The notes beneath the pieces are model-generated. The model was not told where the DNA came from. It ran no database searches and saw only the letters and a list, made by a program, of their open reading frames with translations. A program made the position numbers and the translations under genes. DNA of 63,863 nt, counting the filler, from Hyphochytrium catenoides (taxonomy: Eukaryota; Protista; Hyphochytriomycota): NCBI GenBank assembly GCA_900088475.1. It is 7 parts of 7 records of this genome, joined end to end, with 100 filler letters (N's around TTAATTAATTAA, not from the genome) between each part and the next. Parts side by side here need not be neighbours in the genome. Positions count along the whole stretch, not along the records: positions 1 to 19,761 come from FLMG01003734.1; positions 19,862 to 25,720 come from FLMG01000047.1; 5 more parts are not named here. One strand, given 5' to 3'. Each line of letters begins with the position of its first letter. Position 1 is the first letter of the stretch. Below, piece after piece: positions 11,901-24,230 of this stretch.

Positions 11901-12112
11901 CGATGAGATGCACTCACGGTCTAGACAGGGCATTACAGAAGGCGTTTCACCTGGCCATCCGAAGTCCGCTGGAAGGAAAAAACGAACGTCGCTCTAGAGG
12001 GATAGGCTGTGCATAGGAGAAGATCAGCAGAAGTGGGCCCTCTCTATACACATAAATGCCAAGAGATATCCTTCTTGCATCTAATCATTAGCGATATCGC
12101 CTCGCATTCATA

Positions 12113-15100
12113 CTAGTGCTCACACAGAGAATACTCTCTCTCTAGCCCCTTGTTCTCACTCTGGATGATAAACTTTCTTTCCTTCATCAAAGCCCGCCGA
12201 TGATTGTGCGCGGCTTTTAGGCTTATCCCGGGAGGATGGGCAAACTCTGCGATACGAAGTAGGATCTCTGGAGGCAGCTCCAGCGGAGCGTCCTCCAGTA
12301 CCAGCTGTCTCTTGCCCTTACCAGTCCCATTGTGCGTTTTGATCGATCGAAGGCGCTGTCTTTGACTAAGCACGCTGTCGAGCAGTACCACCGTGGCCTC
12401 TCTAGTCCATTGCTGCTGAGGAATGTCTGCAGAAGAGATGATCTCGTGATCTGGAGAGACCAAAAAGAAGCAGACGATTCTCCTGCGGCCCATCTTCTGG
12501 TCAGACTCCTCCCCAGCGTTGCGTTCATTTTGCTTAGTCGAAGGATTCTCGGTGTTCTTAACTCCAAGCACCTTGTGCTGGGCATTGTTTGAGAAGGCGA
12601 GGAGTCTGCCCGGCGGTGTCCTGACAGTGCCAAGGGTGATATTCATCTCAAGTTCAGAATGGTCATGGCAAAAGCGATCGTCGTCATGCGAAGGATAGTC
12701 GTCATAGCCCCCATCGTCTCGTTCTCTTCTGAAGCCCAGGCCTTCGTCAGAGAGGCATTCAGAGGAGGATACGTAGTAGATCCCGCTGGCGACGATGTAC
12801 TCATGGGACATCCCTTCCACATGCCACGTCCCTTCGTAGCTTTCGCCAGGTCGCAGCACATAGTCAGCAGCCTTCACAATGACCTGCAACTTCCTATTGC
12901 GTAGATTGCACCTGACATCTGGTGGGTACCCCAGCTGAGACCCAACCTTGCCCAAGACCGTCTCAAACATGGGGACAAAGAGAGAAAAGAGCTTCTCAAG
13001 GGAGATCAGCAGCTCCGGAAATTTGTCTCCATTGAGATTGTTAACGTAGGAGAGGAAGCGAGCGGTCCCGTCAGCTTCTACAAAGACGTCAGCAGGCAGC
13101 CATTGGTACTTTGAAGATTCCCAGTTTCGATGTGAGAAATAACCGTATCCCCCTTGAGCCTGCTGCTGCTGTTGGAGCCTTTGCTTCTTCCTCTCAAATT
13201 CTTCAGGGTAAGTGGGTAAGCTGATGCCCTCTATGTAGGGATACAAAGAGGGGTGAATTAAGTCCAGGACTTTGCCGTTAGAACCTGGATGATAGTCGGG
13301 AGGCTCTGTGCTCGCCAGCCTGCTAAGAGAGGCAGAAATAATCTCAGACATAGCCTGAGGGACGCACTGATCCGCAGTGGCTACCCCTATCCTAGACTTA
13401 GAGGTAAAGTATCTCCGGGACTCATCGACATGTTTGAACTTCCTGAGGTCAAACATATCTTCTTGTACTTCTTCCTCTTCTTCTTCCTCTTGACTCTCAC
13501 TGCTCTGGTCTTCGTCTGCTGAACTATGTTCGCTGTTGTCGTCGTCATATTTGTCCTCGGTCCCAAGTTTAGGTCGGAAGAGAAGATCGGAGGCCCCTGC
13601 GGCAGAGAGCGCCCAGGAGTGAAAGTCAAAGGCAAAAGGCTCCACACCGCCATTGATAATGACCTTGGCCTTTCCATTCATTCCCACACCGAAATGTGCC
13701 CTTTCCAAACCTCTGATAGGACAGAAAAAGAGAGGGTTGGCTGCTTCCGCGAGCTCATCATCTTCGCTTTCACTCCTCAGGCCTATGACTCTCAGTAGAG
13801 CTCCATTCTTAGTGAACACCACGCATCCTCTGTCGATATCCACGCCAACTCCGATAACGTCGCCGACCTTCAAGCTTTCGTCATCAGAATGCTCCTCGAC
13901 AGGGTCAAACCGCTCACCGTTTAGCAAGAGTACGCCATCCCTGGTTTGCGTCGGTTCGTTAGCCACCAAAGTCAGAAGGAGAAGGGAACGAAATAGACAG
14001 GAGTGGACGGTGTTAGTCAGCAACCAGAGAAAGGAAAAAGCATGGATTGAGGTAAGGGAAGTGTTGTCGGGACAAATTGGCGCCAGGGAGAGAGAGAAGC
14101 GAAAGTGCAAAAAGGAAAAGAAGAAGGTTTGATTTGAGGATAAATCAGAGGCAAAGACCTGTTCAACCCAAGCGCGATGGAGGTTCTCTCCTCAAACTCC
14201 TCTCCTTCGCCATGATCTCCTATGTGGTGCTGCTCAGGATAGTCCAGCGTAGCGATGCCAATGGAAATACCAGCTTCAGTGGCTTCTTCTTCTTCCTTGT
14301 TTTCATCATTCTCTCCCTCTCCCTCCTCGTTCTCCTCGGCCTCCTCGCCTTCGTCCTCCTCCTCTTCCTCGCTCTCCTCTTCTCCACCCTCTTCTTCCTC
14401 GTCCTCCTCTTCTTCGCTCTCTTCTTCCTCCTCTTCACCTCCTTCCTTCTCTTCCTCCATTTCATCACCATCAACCTCAGCCGGTTCATCCTCCCCCTCT
14501 CCAACATCTTTAATCAACACCTCCAAATAAGCCAATCTGCGCCGCTGCTGCTCCCCAACTTCCCTTTCATGCCCTGATAGCAGCCAGTTTCTCATACCGC
14601 CCCTCTCAAGCACGTTCAGAACCTCATCATTCGCCTGTTGTCCAGTCACTTCCAGAAGTTGATTGCGGAACGTCATGCTGCGGTGAGTCTCGACGCCCTC
14701 CCAGGTCTCAGATTTAGAAGAGGAAGAGCCGGTGGCCTCCTGAGGCGTATTCTCTACCGTCTTTCGTACTCGGAAGCGAACCCATTGAGACCGCCTGACA
14801 ATGTGAATAATATCGGGGATGGGAAACTCCATCGCTTTAGTTACCTCTTCCACCACTTCGGTAAGTTGAATGGCAGCTACTTCGGCTCTCCAGTCTTGTC
14901 CCGTCTTTTGCTGAACAGCTCCACCAAGTTCCCGTTTTCCCTTTGCTGTACCGACGTAATCTGGAAGTGGATGACAGTTGTTAGATGCGTAGCCATCATA
15001 GAGCAAAGTACATTGCTCTCCGAGAAAGGGTCGACCACACTTACCAGCCGTCAGAGCACTCTGACCCTCAGAGGAGCCCTTGTCTCTTCTATTGGCACAT

Positions 15101-18100
15101 TGATTAACGTCCTTTGCTCCATTCCCGTGCTCACGAGCGGCACGTTGAAGCTGCGCAATAGCAGCCTTCACGATGGCTGGCCTGGCTCCCATAGCTGCAG
15201 CTCGCAAGCTGTACTCTAGCGCAATCTCGGAGTCCAACACCTTCATCTCCCAGTTTGTCTTCTTTCTGACAGCTAGCACGAGGTCTGCAAAGGAATTGAG
15301 ATCATCCCGAGACCATTCCCCAGCATTAGGGACCTTAGACAGATCCAGAGCCTTCCACTTCTCCTCCTCAGCAGTTGCCTCCTTTAGCAGCAAGAGTATC
15401 TCTCGTATGAGATCCGAGTCCTCGGAAGACTTTGGGACGAAAGAGTCATTCAAGACACGGATGGTCTCCAATTTGGGGTCAAGCATGGCTGCAATAGGAT
15501 CCTTAGAGAGCGGAGTGGTGCTCGAAGAGCTGGTAGCAGCCGCGTGAAGGAAGGAGACTATCTCCTTACTCAGCAAGGAAGAAGTGCTGGCCTCCAGCAG
15601 ACTAAGTACCGTCCTCACACACTGGTACCATCGCGTCATCCCTATAACTCGCTCGAACCTGGACACTCTTGACGAAGCGTGATGACCTCGCTCCATAGAC
15701 TTTGTCCGGGAGAACTTACTTAACACAGAGACTGGGTCCGTGCTGACGGTTTCTCCGCCCTCGTCTGCGAAGAGCTGACCCTGGAAAGACGCACCTTTCA
15801 CATCCGATAAGGGTTTAGGCAGAGCAGCAAAGACCAACATTCGGATGCACGCAATAATGTACGAGACCGCTATTTGGCTCTTCTGCCATGGAACCACATG
15901 GTCTCCTCGTAGACAAGCCTCTTGGTTGCCATTGCTCTCTGCTGGACCAGTCAATGGGTGCTTCTTATCTTCTCTAGGAGACGTAGGGCTGCCGAGTACC
16001 ACCAGGACCATTTCCAGTAGTTCCAGCGCCATTCTGTCATTAGTCAGAATCTGCCTAGGAAGAGGAGAAGGGGGAGATAAATCCTCTACTAGAGACTTCT
16101 CCAGCAGCATTTTGATGACTTTGGCAGCTGAAGCGTCACGTTCTTGCCGTATCAGTTGCCAAAGATTCTCTAAGAGTGGGGGGTAAAGATTCAGCTCCAT
16201 GCACAGATCAAGTGGCTTCAGAGGGCTGCTTCCAGAAGCCGCCTCCAATAATAACTTCACCACAGTTCCGCGAACTTGCGCCAATGGCAAACTACTAGGG
16301 AGATCAACATAACCAGCTTTAGACAAGTCGTCTCTGCTGCAGGAAAGTAGGTCAGCGAGGGCTAAGCTAACGTGGGAAGGCCGGTGGATGAGCTGAGTGG
16401 AGAGAGGCTGGGCTCCCTCTGCGGATGTCGGCAACAAGGGTGAGTAGCAAGATCTCTTCCACAGCCATAATATGGTCCTCCTCAGCGTGGGACCCAGAAC
16501 ATTGGCGGCCCAATCTTGGTGCTTTTTAGATGCAATATATACCAGCTTTAAGAGGTATTCCCCTCTATCCCTTTCCGACAGGTCATCTGTCATGTCAGCG
16601 TTTCTTGGGTCTGAAAGAAACGCTTCGATCACAAGGTCCTCATGCGCACGCCGGCACTTCTTCAGGAGCTCTTCAGCACTGACAAACAGCCTAGAATTCT
16701 CTTCTTCGTTGCCAAGCAGTAAGTCCACAATCTTCCTCAGTACCAGGACCACGCCATCCTTGATGTCATGGACCTGATGCCGTAGTCGCTGACCATGAGT
16801 AGGAGGATCGTCAGTCGTCTGGGTGGTTGGCCCCAGTGTGATTTTGCCCAGTACTTCGTGGAGGGTGGAGGTCAACAGAGCCAGACAATCCCCGGGGATA
16901 CCCTCCATGTGGAACAAGCGTAGGAAGTGCCGGAGATGGTTCATAGTCAGTGCTAGGTCCGGGAGATGACTTCGCCTACTAGCCTTGACACTGGTCAGAA
17001 AGAACTCTTTCCAGGAGGCCAAGTAAAAGTGCCAGGGCCGCTTTATCTCTCCACTGATATACGTCCCAAGGTAAGGCTGATCAAAAGACCTGTCGCGGCA
17101 TAGTTCTATTTCCTGCTCTACCAAAGCTATTGCCACCTCCACCGCCACCTGGGCCCAGCGCGTTGTCAAGAGGAAGATATTGTCCTGGGGAGATGCTAGA
17201 AGCTCCTGAAGGCGTAGGTCTGAGGCATGCAAGGCGGCCGCTATGGCGGTGGTTGAAGTGTGGTGAAGAAGGTAGACTGGAAGACGCAAGCCGTGGAGTG
17301 CCCTTCCCATCAGAACTAGGGCATCGTTGATGTCAGCTAGACGAGCGTGGAGCTGGGGACTCATTTTCTTTTCCCGTCTCTGAACTTTGGCCGTCGAGGC
17401 CGTCCTGGGTCGTTGGATCGCCACTTTCTCATCTGATGCTTTCACAAGTGCGCAGAATAACTCCGCCAACCCACAATCCAGAGTTGCGTGGAAGGAGTCC
17501 TTTCCCGATATTCTGAACGGCAGGTAATCGACAGCCAACCACTGCCAGAGAACTTGTTCACCCTCTTGACAGAACTGAAGCATCTCCTTGGTCGTGTGAC
17601 CTTCAGCGAGTGAGAGCCGAGCCTGAAGAAGCGTCTTAAGCGCGGGGAGTAGGTCTTCGGCGACTTCTTCGTCGCTGAGGAGCTGATAAACTTGATCTTT
17701 CAGTGAAGGAGGGCAATCGAGAAGGTACTTGCCGCACATGCCGAGAAGCGCAATACGCGCCGCCGTGAGCCGCTGAAGCGGGGCCATCACTTTGGCTTTA
17801 TCTGTTATGATGAGGAACAGGGCAGGCAAGAGCTGCTTAGCACAAGCTAGAAGAGCTTCGGTCACGATGGACTTTAATGGTTCCTTGGGCTCTTCTCCAA
17901 GGGCTGACACCGTTGGCTTGATATCTAGAGGGATAAGAGAGGTCCACTGCCGAAGAACCGCTTCCAGCTCTCTCTTCTTAGCTCGCTTGGCATTATCTTC
18001 CTTATTGTTTGCCACAATGAAGTTCAGACGTCCTTTCAAGAGTGAAGGGTTGGATAAATCGTCAAGGTTGAGCGTGATAAAGAACGCTTTGAGGTAGGCG

Positions 18101-18306
18101 AGCGATTGACCCAACGCGGATTTTGCCTCTTCAGCTTCGCCACTAACGCTCCTCTTTGAAGAGAGGGTGGCCAGAGCGTTGTAAGCTTCTGTGACTTGTA
18201 CCGCCATGGCGGTAAAAGAGGTCGGCTCCAACAAGCCATCTTGAGCTCTGGTCACTCTATTTGACCCCACTGCCCGTCCGGTGATACCTCCCGCAGAATC
18301 AGACAT
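12113..18306 (-). CDS. ~1991-aa protein: Leu-rich N-terminal region, acidic tract, SPRY domain, C-terminal DUF4246 (2OG-Fe(II) oxygenase-like)
   Basis: ORFs 14017..18306 and 12113..14110 join via a GT-AG intron at 14158-13941 (AACAG|gtcttt...ggctaac...ccag|GGAT), phase-consistent. SPRY: ISIGIAT...LKVGDVIGVGVDIDRGCVVFTKNG...INGGVEPFAFD. DUF4246: DYHPGSNGKVLDLIHPSLYP, YQWLP, SYVNNL, LQVIVKAA, WHVEG, GRLLAFSN..QHKV, FFLVSP, terminal YSLCEH. Confidence 0.85.
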
Positions 18307-19211
18307 CCTACTTCTGCCACTTTAGATGAGAAGGACGCGCCAGGATCGCTTACTGTTCTACTGGAAGTCCTGCCTTCTCTGGGTGGTCTTGACGACCCCA
18401 GCAGCTGCACGACAATACCGATCTGAAAATGCTTTGACAGGAGACTGAAGAGGCCGTTGCTGCCCTCGCCATGGCGGCAATGAGCGCCCCTCTCGTCTTC
18501 ATCTCCGATTCAGCAGGCCCCTAACCGATAGCAACGGCACCCGTGTCCCAACTCGCTCCCGCTCGCAGATGCCTGAAGCCACGCAGTCGTCCAACCCCTC
18601 CGAAGTCAGCAAGTTCTGACTCTTTGTTGTGCCATTGAAAGTGACAAACACTCAGAAGCAAGGGACCTTCACTCCTCCGTCCAATTAAGGCGGAAGGGAT
18701 AATTGGACATCTAACAGCGGGAGCATTAACTATGGCCGGCAGTGTCCTCCCCAAATCGTATAAGAATGCCCACCCACCCTCGGCCGATTGTTAGATGAAG
18801 AAGGGGCCTTGGGAGGGGGGAGGCGACAAAAACTCTATACAAAGACTCTATAGTTAATGATCGCGAGGAGTCAAAGCTACCGTATCCCCCATTTCGACGT
18901 TTCCGGGTCTGGGGTATCACTTGCTCTTCCGCTNNNNNNNNNNNNNNNNNNNNNNNNNNNNNNNNNNNNNNNNNNNNNNNCACATACACACACACACACA
19001 CACAATTTCGCGTTTCAGACCCTTGACCTGAAGGCCAAGGGCATAACCTAATTTGTATCCCCTGACCTATTTTTTCAGGGGATTTTCACACAACCCATTA
19101 TGTGAACATCTAATCCTAATAAATACTCTTTTTATTACGGATAATGTGGCTGTATCGAAAGTCTGTTTCCCAACCTGAGCCCTAACCCTAGCCCGTTGGG
19201 AGACTAAAAAG

Positions 19212-19263
19212 CCCTATTGCCACTGGCAGCGTTAACCCTATTGCCACTGGCAGCGTTAACCCT
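19212..19263. repeat. 24-bp direct tandem repeat (CCCTATTGCCACTGGCAGCGTTAA x2) near telomere-like CCCTAA motifs
   Basis: Exact duplication at 19212-19235 and 19236-19259; CCCTAACCCTAG near 19180. Confidence 0.8.
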
Positions 19264-19761
19264 AATATTGCCTCTGGTACAAGTTAGAATTACACCCGAA
19301 AGCAGTGTTTCGGAACTGAATTTGATTCAGAATACAAATGGAGAATTTGGAGCTGTGATTTTCCCCCCAAAGTTGGTCAGGGAATTAGAAAAACAACCGA
19401 GGCAGACGACATGTCATTGCCTCCTACCCTCCTACTGTACCTCTTCCATAGCGGGCTGTAAAATGCTACTTGTAGCGTGCTGCCACCAGAACCACTCTTT
19501 GATTCCTCCCCCTCCTCTTTCTTCTCCTTGCCGCTTGCCCCAGTACCGCCGCGTAGAACTACACTTGCACGGCACAACCAGCATCACAAAGAACAGAACT
19601 AGGCTCTTAGTCCTCCTCTCTCCAGCTCAAGCGCTCTTCCTTCTCCTCCGTCCACTCCCAACTCCCTCGGCCCGCAATCCCTTATTATTTTAGAGGGAAT
19701 TCATGACAGGTCAAATTTTTCACAATTGAGGAATTTGGGTGTTGGACCCCATTTATGAAAA

Positions 19762-19861
19762 NNNNNNNNNNNNNNNNNNNNNNNNNNNNNNNNNNNNNNN
19801 NNNNNTTAATTAATTAANNNNNNNNNNNNNNNNNNNNNNNNNNNNNNNNNNNNNNNNNNNN
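19762..19861. other. Artificial scaffold linker (N44-TTAATTAATTAA-N44)
   Basis: Six-frame stop spacer at 19806-19817 flanked by Ns. Confidence 0.98.
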
Positions 19862-20717
19862 GAGGAGTATATGGTACTACTACACGGAGTATTCACATAT
19901 AACAAGATACCAAGGTAGGGCAAGAGGAAAAGAGAGGCAGATGAGTGGCTACATAATGCCACCCTTTGATGTAGGAATAGGAACCCTAATCATAAGCAGG
20001 AGAGTAGACCGTAACACTAGGAAACTATCAAAAGCCGTCGTGAGGAAAAGCGAAGAGGAAATGCCAGGGAGAAGTCTCCTTTCCGGCAGCCACTCGCTGA
20101 CTCCGAGTGTAGACATTTAGCTAAGCAGGAGGCTGTCTTTCAATCGTTGTGCGCTGCCTGCCATGCATGCGCCAACCCGGTCGCCTCCTATGGCTAAGTA
20201 CAAACCAGAATTAGTACAACAACGACTAGCTGCAAGGCAGAGTTCGCTGCTGGGCACAAAGTTGAAGTGATTTTTGTACGCCAGGTACTTATTAACCCGA
20301 TAGAACGGTCACCACTGTCTGCACGGACGTGGATGGGCAGGCCAATGACGACATCCTTGAGGTTAGAAACCCCCCTGATTAGGGAAATAGTAGTAGGAGA
20401 AAGATAGGTCATTCGCTCTAGACAATACCAGAGTACAGGGGCTAATTAAAGAGTGACTATCAGGAATGTTCGTCAGTTATGCTAGATAGAAGAAAAGATG
20501 ATTGAAGAGGAGCTTCTTCCTATAGCTCTAACATCATCGATAGTCAGGTTATTGCTTCACATCACAGAAGAGCAAGCCTGTTAAAAAGGCTGCTCTTCTC
20601 TCTTCTTCCGCGCTTTGTCGCTCTTCGGTAGTACTTTATAGACTTGATTGTGTTCCCTTTGCTACCTCAATCTATAAACTCTGTAGACGAGCGTCTGTGC
20701 TTTGTGGCATCTTCTCA

Positions 20718-21017
20718 AGTACAGAGCCTTACTTCCGTGCTGCTAACCGATCCAGGGCAAAGGCTTAGGCTGACGGCTCGTTGATGCTCGCTTCACTCTT
20801 TGCCCAAAGTCAGGAAAGGGCAATCAAGATGATGGTGCTGAAAAGCTGTTTTATATTTCCTTCTTCGAGTACAGAGACTTAGTTCTGTGCCGGCTTATCG
20901 ATCCAGGGCAAAGACCTAGTCTTACGACTCGCTGATGCTCGCTTCACACTTTGCTCAAACTCCGCAAAGAGCAATCAAGATGATGGTGTTGAAGAGCTGT
21001 TTCTTATTTCCTTCTTC
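20718..21017. repeat. Diverged ~150-bp tandem duplication
   Basis: Two copies starting AGTACAGAG at 20718 and 20868, sharing CGATCCAGGGCAAAG, TGATGCTCGCTTCAC, GCAATCAAGATGATGGTG and TATTTCCTTCTTC. Confidence 0.9.
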
Positions 21018-22889
21018 TCCTCTCCTGTTGAACAGTAAAGTAAATGAGTCATCTGTGCAGAAGCGCTGAAAGAAGATGAGCGAACTTAGAGAGAACAGAG
21101 ACGATTGAGAGAGAGAGAAAAGAAAGAGGAGAAAACGAGGAGAAGGAGGGAGAGAGAGAGAAAATAAGGAGAAGAAAGAGCGTCTGTATTTCTGCTCTCG
21201 CTCAACTCACCAGACTTTAGGGGTTCTGATAGATCTGGAAAAGTTGGTATCAGAGCGATGGTTTTTCCTCCCTGTCCCTCTCATTATCTCTCCTAGACTA
21301 CTTAAGGAGGTATCGTTATCATCTCTTTTTCCTTATTAGTTGACAACGGGGAAAAGCGACGGGACGGTGGGGGAAAGAGTGAAGAAAAAATAAAGAAAGA
21401 CTGGAAAGGTGAGTTAGCATCTCCACTTCCTGGGCTATGTACGCCCTCTTCTACTAGTACATGGGGATGTTGCAGCAAGTCTTAACCTGCCACATGGAAG
21501 AGCTCAGAAGAGAAGGTAGAAGACCAGGGTGATGATGTTTGATGAATGGAGAACGATAGTGAGGCACCAGGTAGTACGGCACAAGAGGTAGAGAATAGTT
21601 CTGCTAAAAGAAGATCTGAAAGGGAGGGAAAGAGGTTAACCTACTGCATCCTCTGAGAGGTAACCCATACTACCCTACGCAGGTATGGTCCCTCTCCTTC
21701 TCTTCCTCTCTTCTCTCTTTCTCTTCATTCACTTCTCTATCTCTTCCTCCCTTCTAATCTTCTCTTCTTTCACTTCTCTGTCTGCTGTCTTCTTACAGAA
21801 GTCTGTCTGTCCTCAGTCGATCCCTAGCATAGACTTTCTTCGCCTCACTTCTTCTTGTTCCCCGACCCTTCCCTCACGTTTCAATCTTTTTATTCCCTCT
21901 CTCTCTCTTTTCCGCTCCCTCTCGTTCTTTCTCTCCTCCGTCACTCTGTCTGACTGTAGGTACTTAGGACTAAGTTTCACTATTGCCAGCTACAAAGTGC
22001 CGTACCTTCTTCTTTCGTGTCTTGGCTACTGCATCTTTTCACAGTTCTATCCTTCACTTCTTTCTCTCAATGAAATGGCCATTTCAGGGTGATCAGAGGT
22101 CTGCCTAATATTGGTGTGAGAGAGTGGAGGAAAGGTAACGATACGCTGCTTGAACCCCATCCTAAAGCGAAGCCTCCGGAAGAGAAATACTAGAGAGAGG
22201 CGAAATGGGAAGGGATGAAGAGACAGAAAGAAGGCGAGAGACAGAGACCGTGAGAACAAAAATGAGAGGTGGAAAGAGCGACAAAGAGAGAAGGGATAGA
22301 GCAGAAGAGAGAGAGAGAGAGGAGAGAGAAAGAAGACTTAAAAGAGGGTCATATTGATGAGCTAATTCTTCCTTCTTGGTTTCATGTTCTCTTCGCCCTC
22401 TTCTCTCTCTTTCTCGTACATATCTAACCTCGCTTGTTGCTGCTGAGCTGCTCAGCTGGGCGCATCTCCTTCACTCTGCAATGCATCTTAGTTGGGGAAC
22501 AGGCTCTAAGCTGGCCAGTGGAACGTGGGGGAGAGACCCAGAAACCAGCAGTGAAGAGCAACGCAGTTTGGCGAGGAGAACGAAGAAGGAATCATTGAGT
22601 CCGGAGATAAAGAAGAGCAATCATATTGAAACGAAGGGAAGGGGCCACAGAAGAAAGAGAGAAGAGAACAGCGTCACAAGTGGCAAGCAGCTTCATTTGT
22701 TGAAAGGGGCGAAGAGAGGCAGAGACACAGAGACAGAGCGAGGACAGAAAGGGAAAGAGAAAAAGTTGGAGAGAGACTTCACTCCGAGGAGAGGAGAGGA
22801 AGGAGATGTCAGGGGGTAAAGGGAGGTCAACCGAAGTTAGAGAGAAAGATGCAGAGAGATGAAGAGGAGAGAGAGAGAGAGAGAACTCA

Positions 22890-24230
22890 CCGGCAACTAT
22901 CTTGGTCGGGCTTCCAAGAGATGGCTACCCTCACTTTCCCGTCTGCGTCCATAGAATTGTACAGCGAAAATCAGAGCTGGCTCTTCTTCTCCTTGTAAGC
23001 CTTTCTTCGTCTCTCAGCTCTGTCCTCTGTCGAACGCGAGAGTCTTCTACGCTTTGGGTTCATTTTTAATGCTTTTTGTGATCCCCTCGCGCCCTTCTCA
23101 TGGTCTGCCGTGGTCTGTCCTCTAAATATTCGAGGAAAGAAGGGTCCAGCTACAGATACAAAGAGACGGGAGAAGCGATGAGGGGAGAGCGGGAGAGAAG
23201 ACAACGAGGGAAAGAATAAGAGAAACGAGAGGCCTGATAGGAGAGAGTGAGAGAAAGAGAGGGAGAGAAGGAAGAAGGACGACGTGAGAGGGGGGAGGAG
23301 AAGAAGCAGAGAGGAAGGAGGAGAAGAGAGAGCAAAAGAGAGGAGAGCAAGAGAGGAATAGGGATTGGGTATAGGATTAGACAGGAAGGGAATAAAAGTT
23401 AGGGCTTTTAGGCGAGAGGAAGAAAGAGAGAGGGAAGAAGGGACGTCGCAAGGATTATGAGGGAGAGAGAGAAAACGATAAGGGAAAGTGTCTAGCGGAA
23501 GAGAGGGAACGGAAAATAGAGAGAGGTAAAGGTGGAGGGAGAGAGAGAGACAGAGACAGTAAGAAAGAAAGGAAGGGAGAGAGTCAGAGAGAGAGGGAGA
23601 GAAGGGCCGAGAGAAAAGTCTACCATCAGAGGCTTACTAAGTTCCTCCTGATTCAACAATCTTCGCCATCCACTTCTCTCTCTCTCTCTTCATTCTGCGC
23701 TTGGGAAACTCTATATCCTGCTGCTCTAGCGTCTGACTGAGCTCGATCGTCAGCCTGATCTGACTGTGTGCTGGCTCATTCTCCATCCCAGTATTGCAAA
23801 CTGAGCATCCAGATCTCCCTCCTCGTCTCTCTCTCGGAAGGAGAGGAAGAAGGGAAAAGGAGCTGAGTGCGTAGATAAAAGGTCTTTGCGATGTTGTCTT
23901 CAGACTGTCGGCCACAGTACTCAACGGCCTCGTTAACCTCGGTGACGGCCTCATCCCGAGTCCCTGTCCCGGCATTTGGAGCGCTGCATACCAAAACTAG
24001 TCCCGATAGCATACCAAAACTAGCCCCATATTTGACCCTGATTAGAGTAAGCCATTCTGAGGCTGCATGTAGGAAATCAGAAGTCAGCCGAAGATACCCG
24101 GCAACCATAGCAATGGTCGTCGCTGCTGGGTCTGGTCCAGGCAAAAGCTCTTGTTGTTCCATGACGGAACTTTCATCAACAATGTCGTCGTAAAAGTCCG
24201 CTGTCAGGAGCAGGTTGCTGGCCTGCTATC
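22890..24230 (-). pseudogene. Possible decayed multi-exon gene of unknown family
   Basis: Protein-like blocks (ADFYDDIVDESSVMEQQELL...DEAVTEVNEAVEYCGRQSEDNIAKTFYLRTQLL; AYKEKKSQL*FSLYNSMDADGKVRVAISWKP) separated by pyrimidine-rich intron-like DNA with splice-like ends; in-frame stops present. Confidence 0.3.

Noticed and set aside
14077-15547. Plus-strand ORFs overlapping the SPRY-DUF4246 gene
   Set aside because: Antisense shadows, partly of the poly-Glu tract.
19212-19263. CRISPR-like palindromic repeat
   Set aside because: Two abutting copies, no spacers, no cas genes, eukaryotic context.
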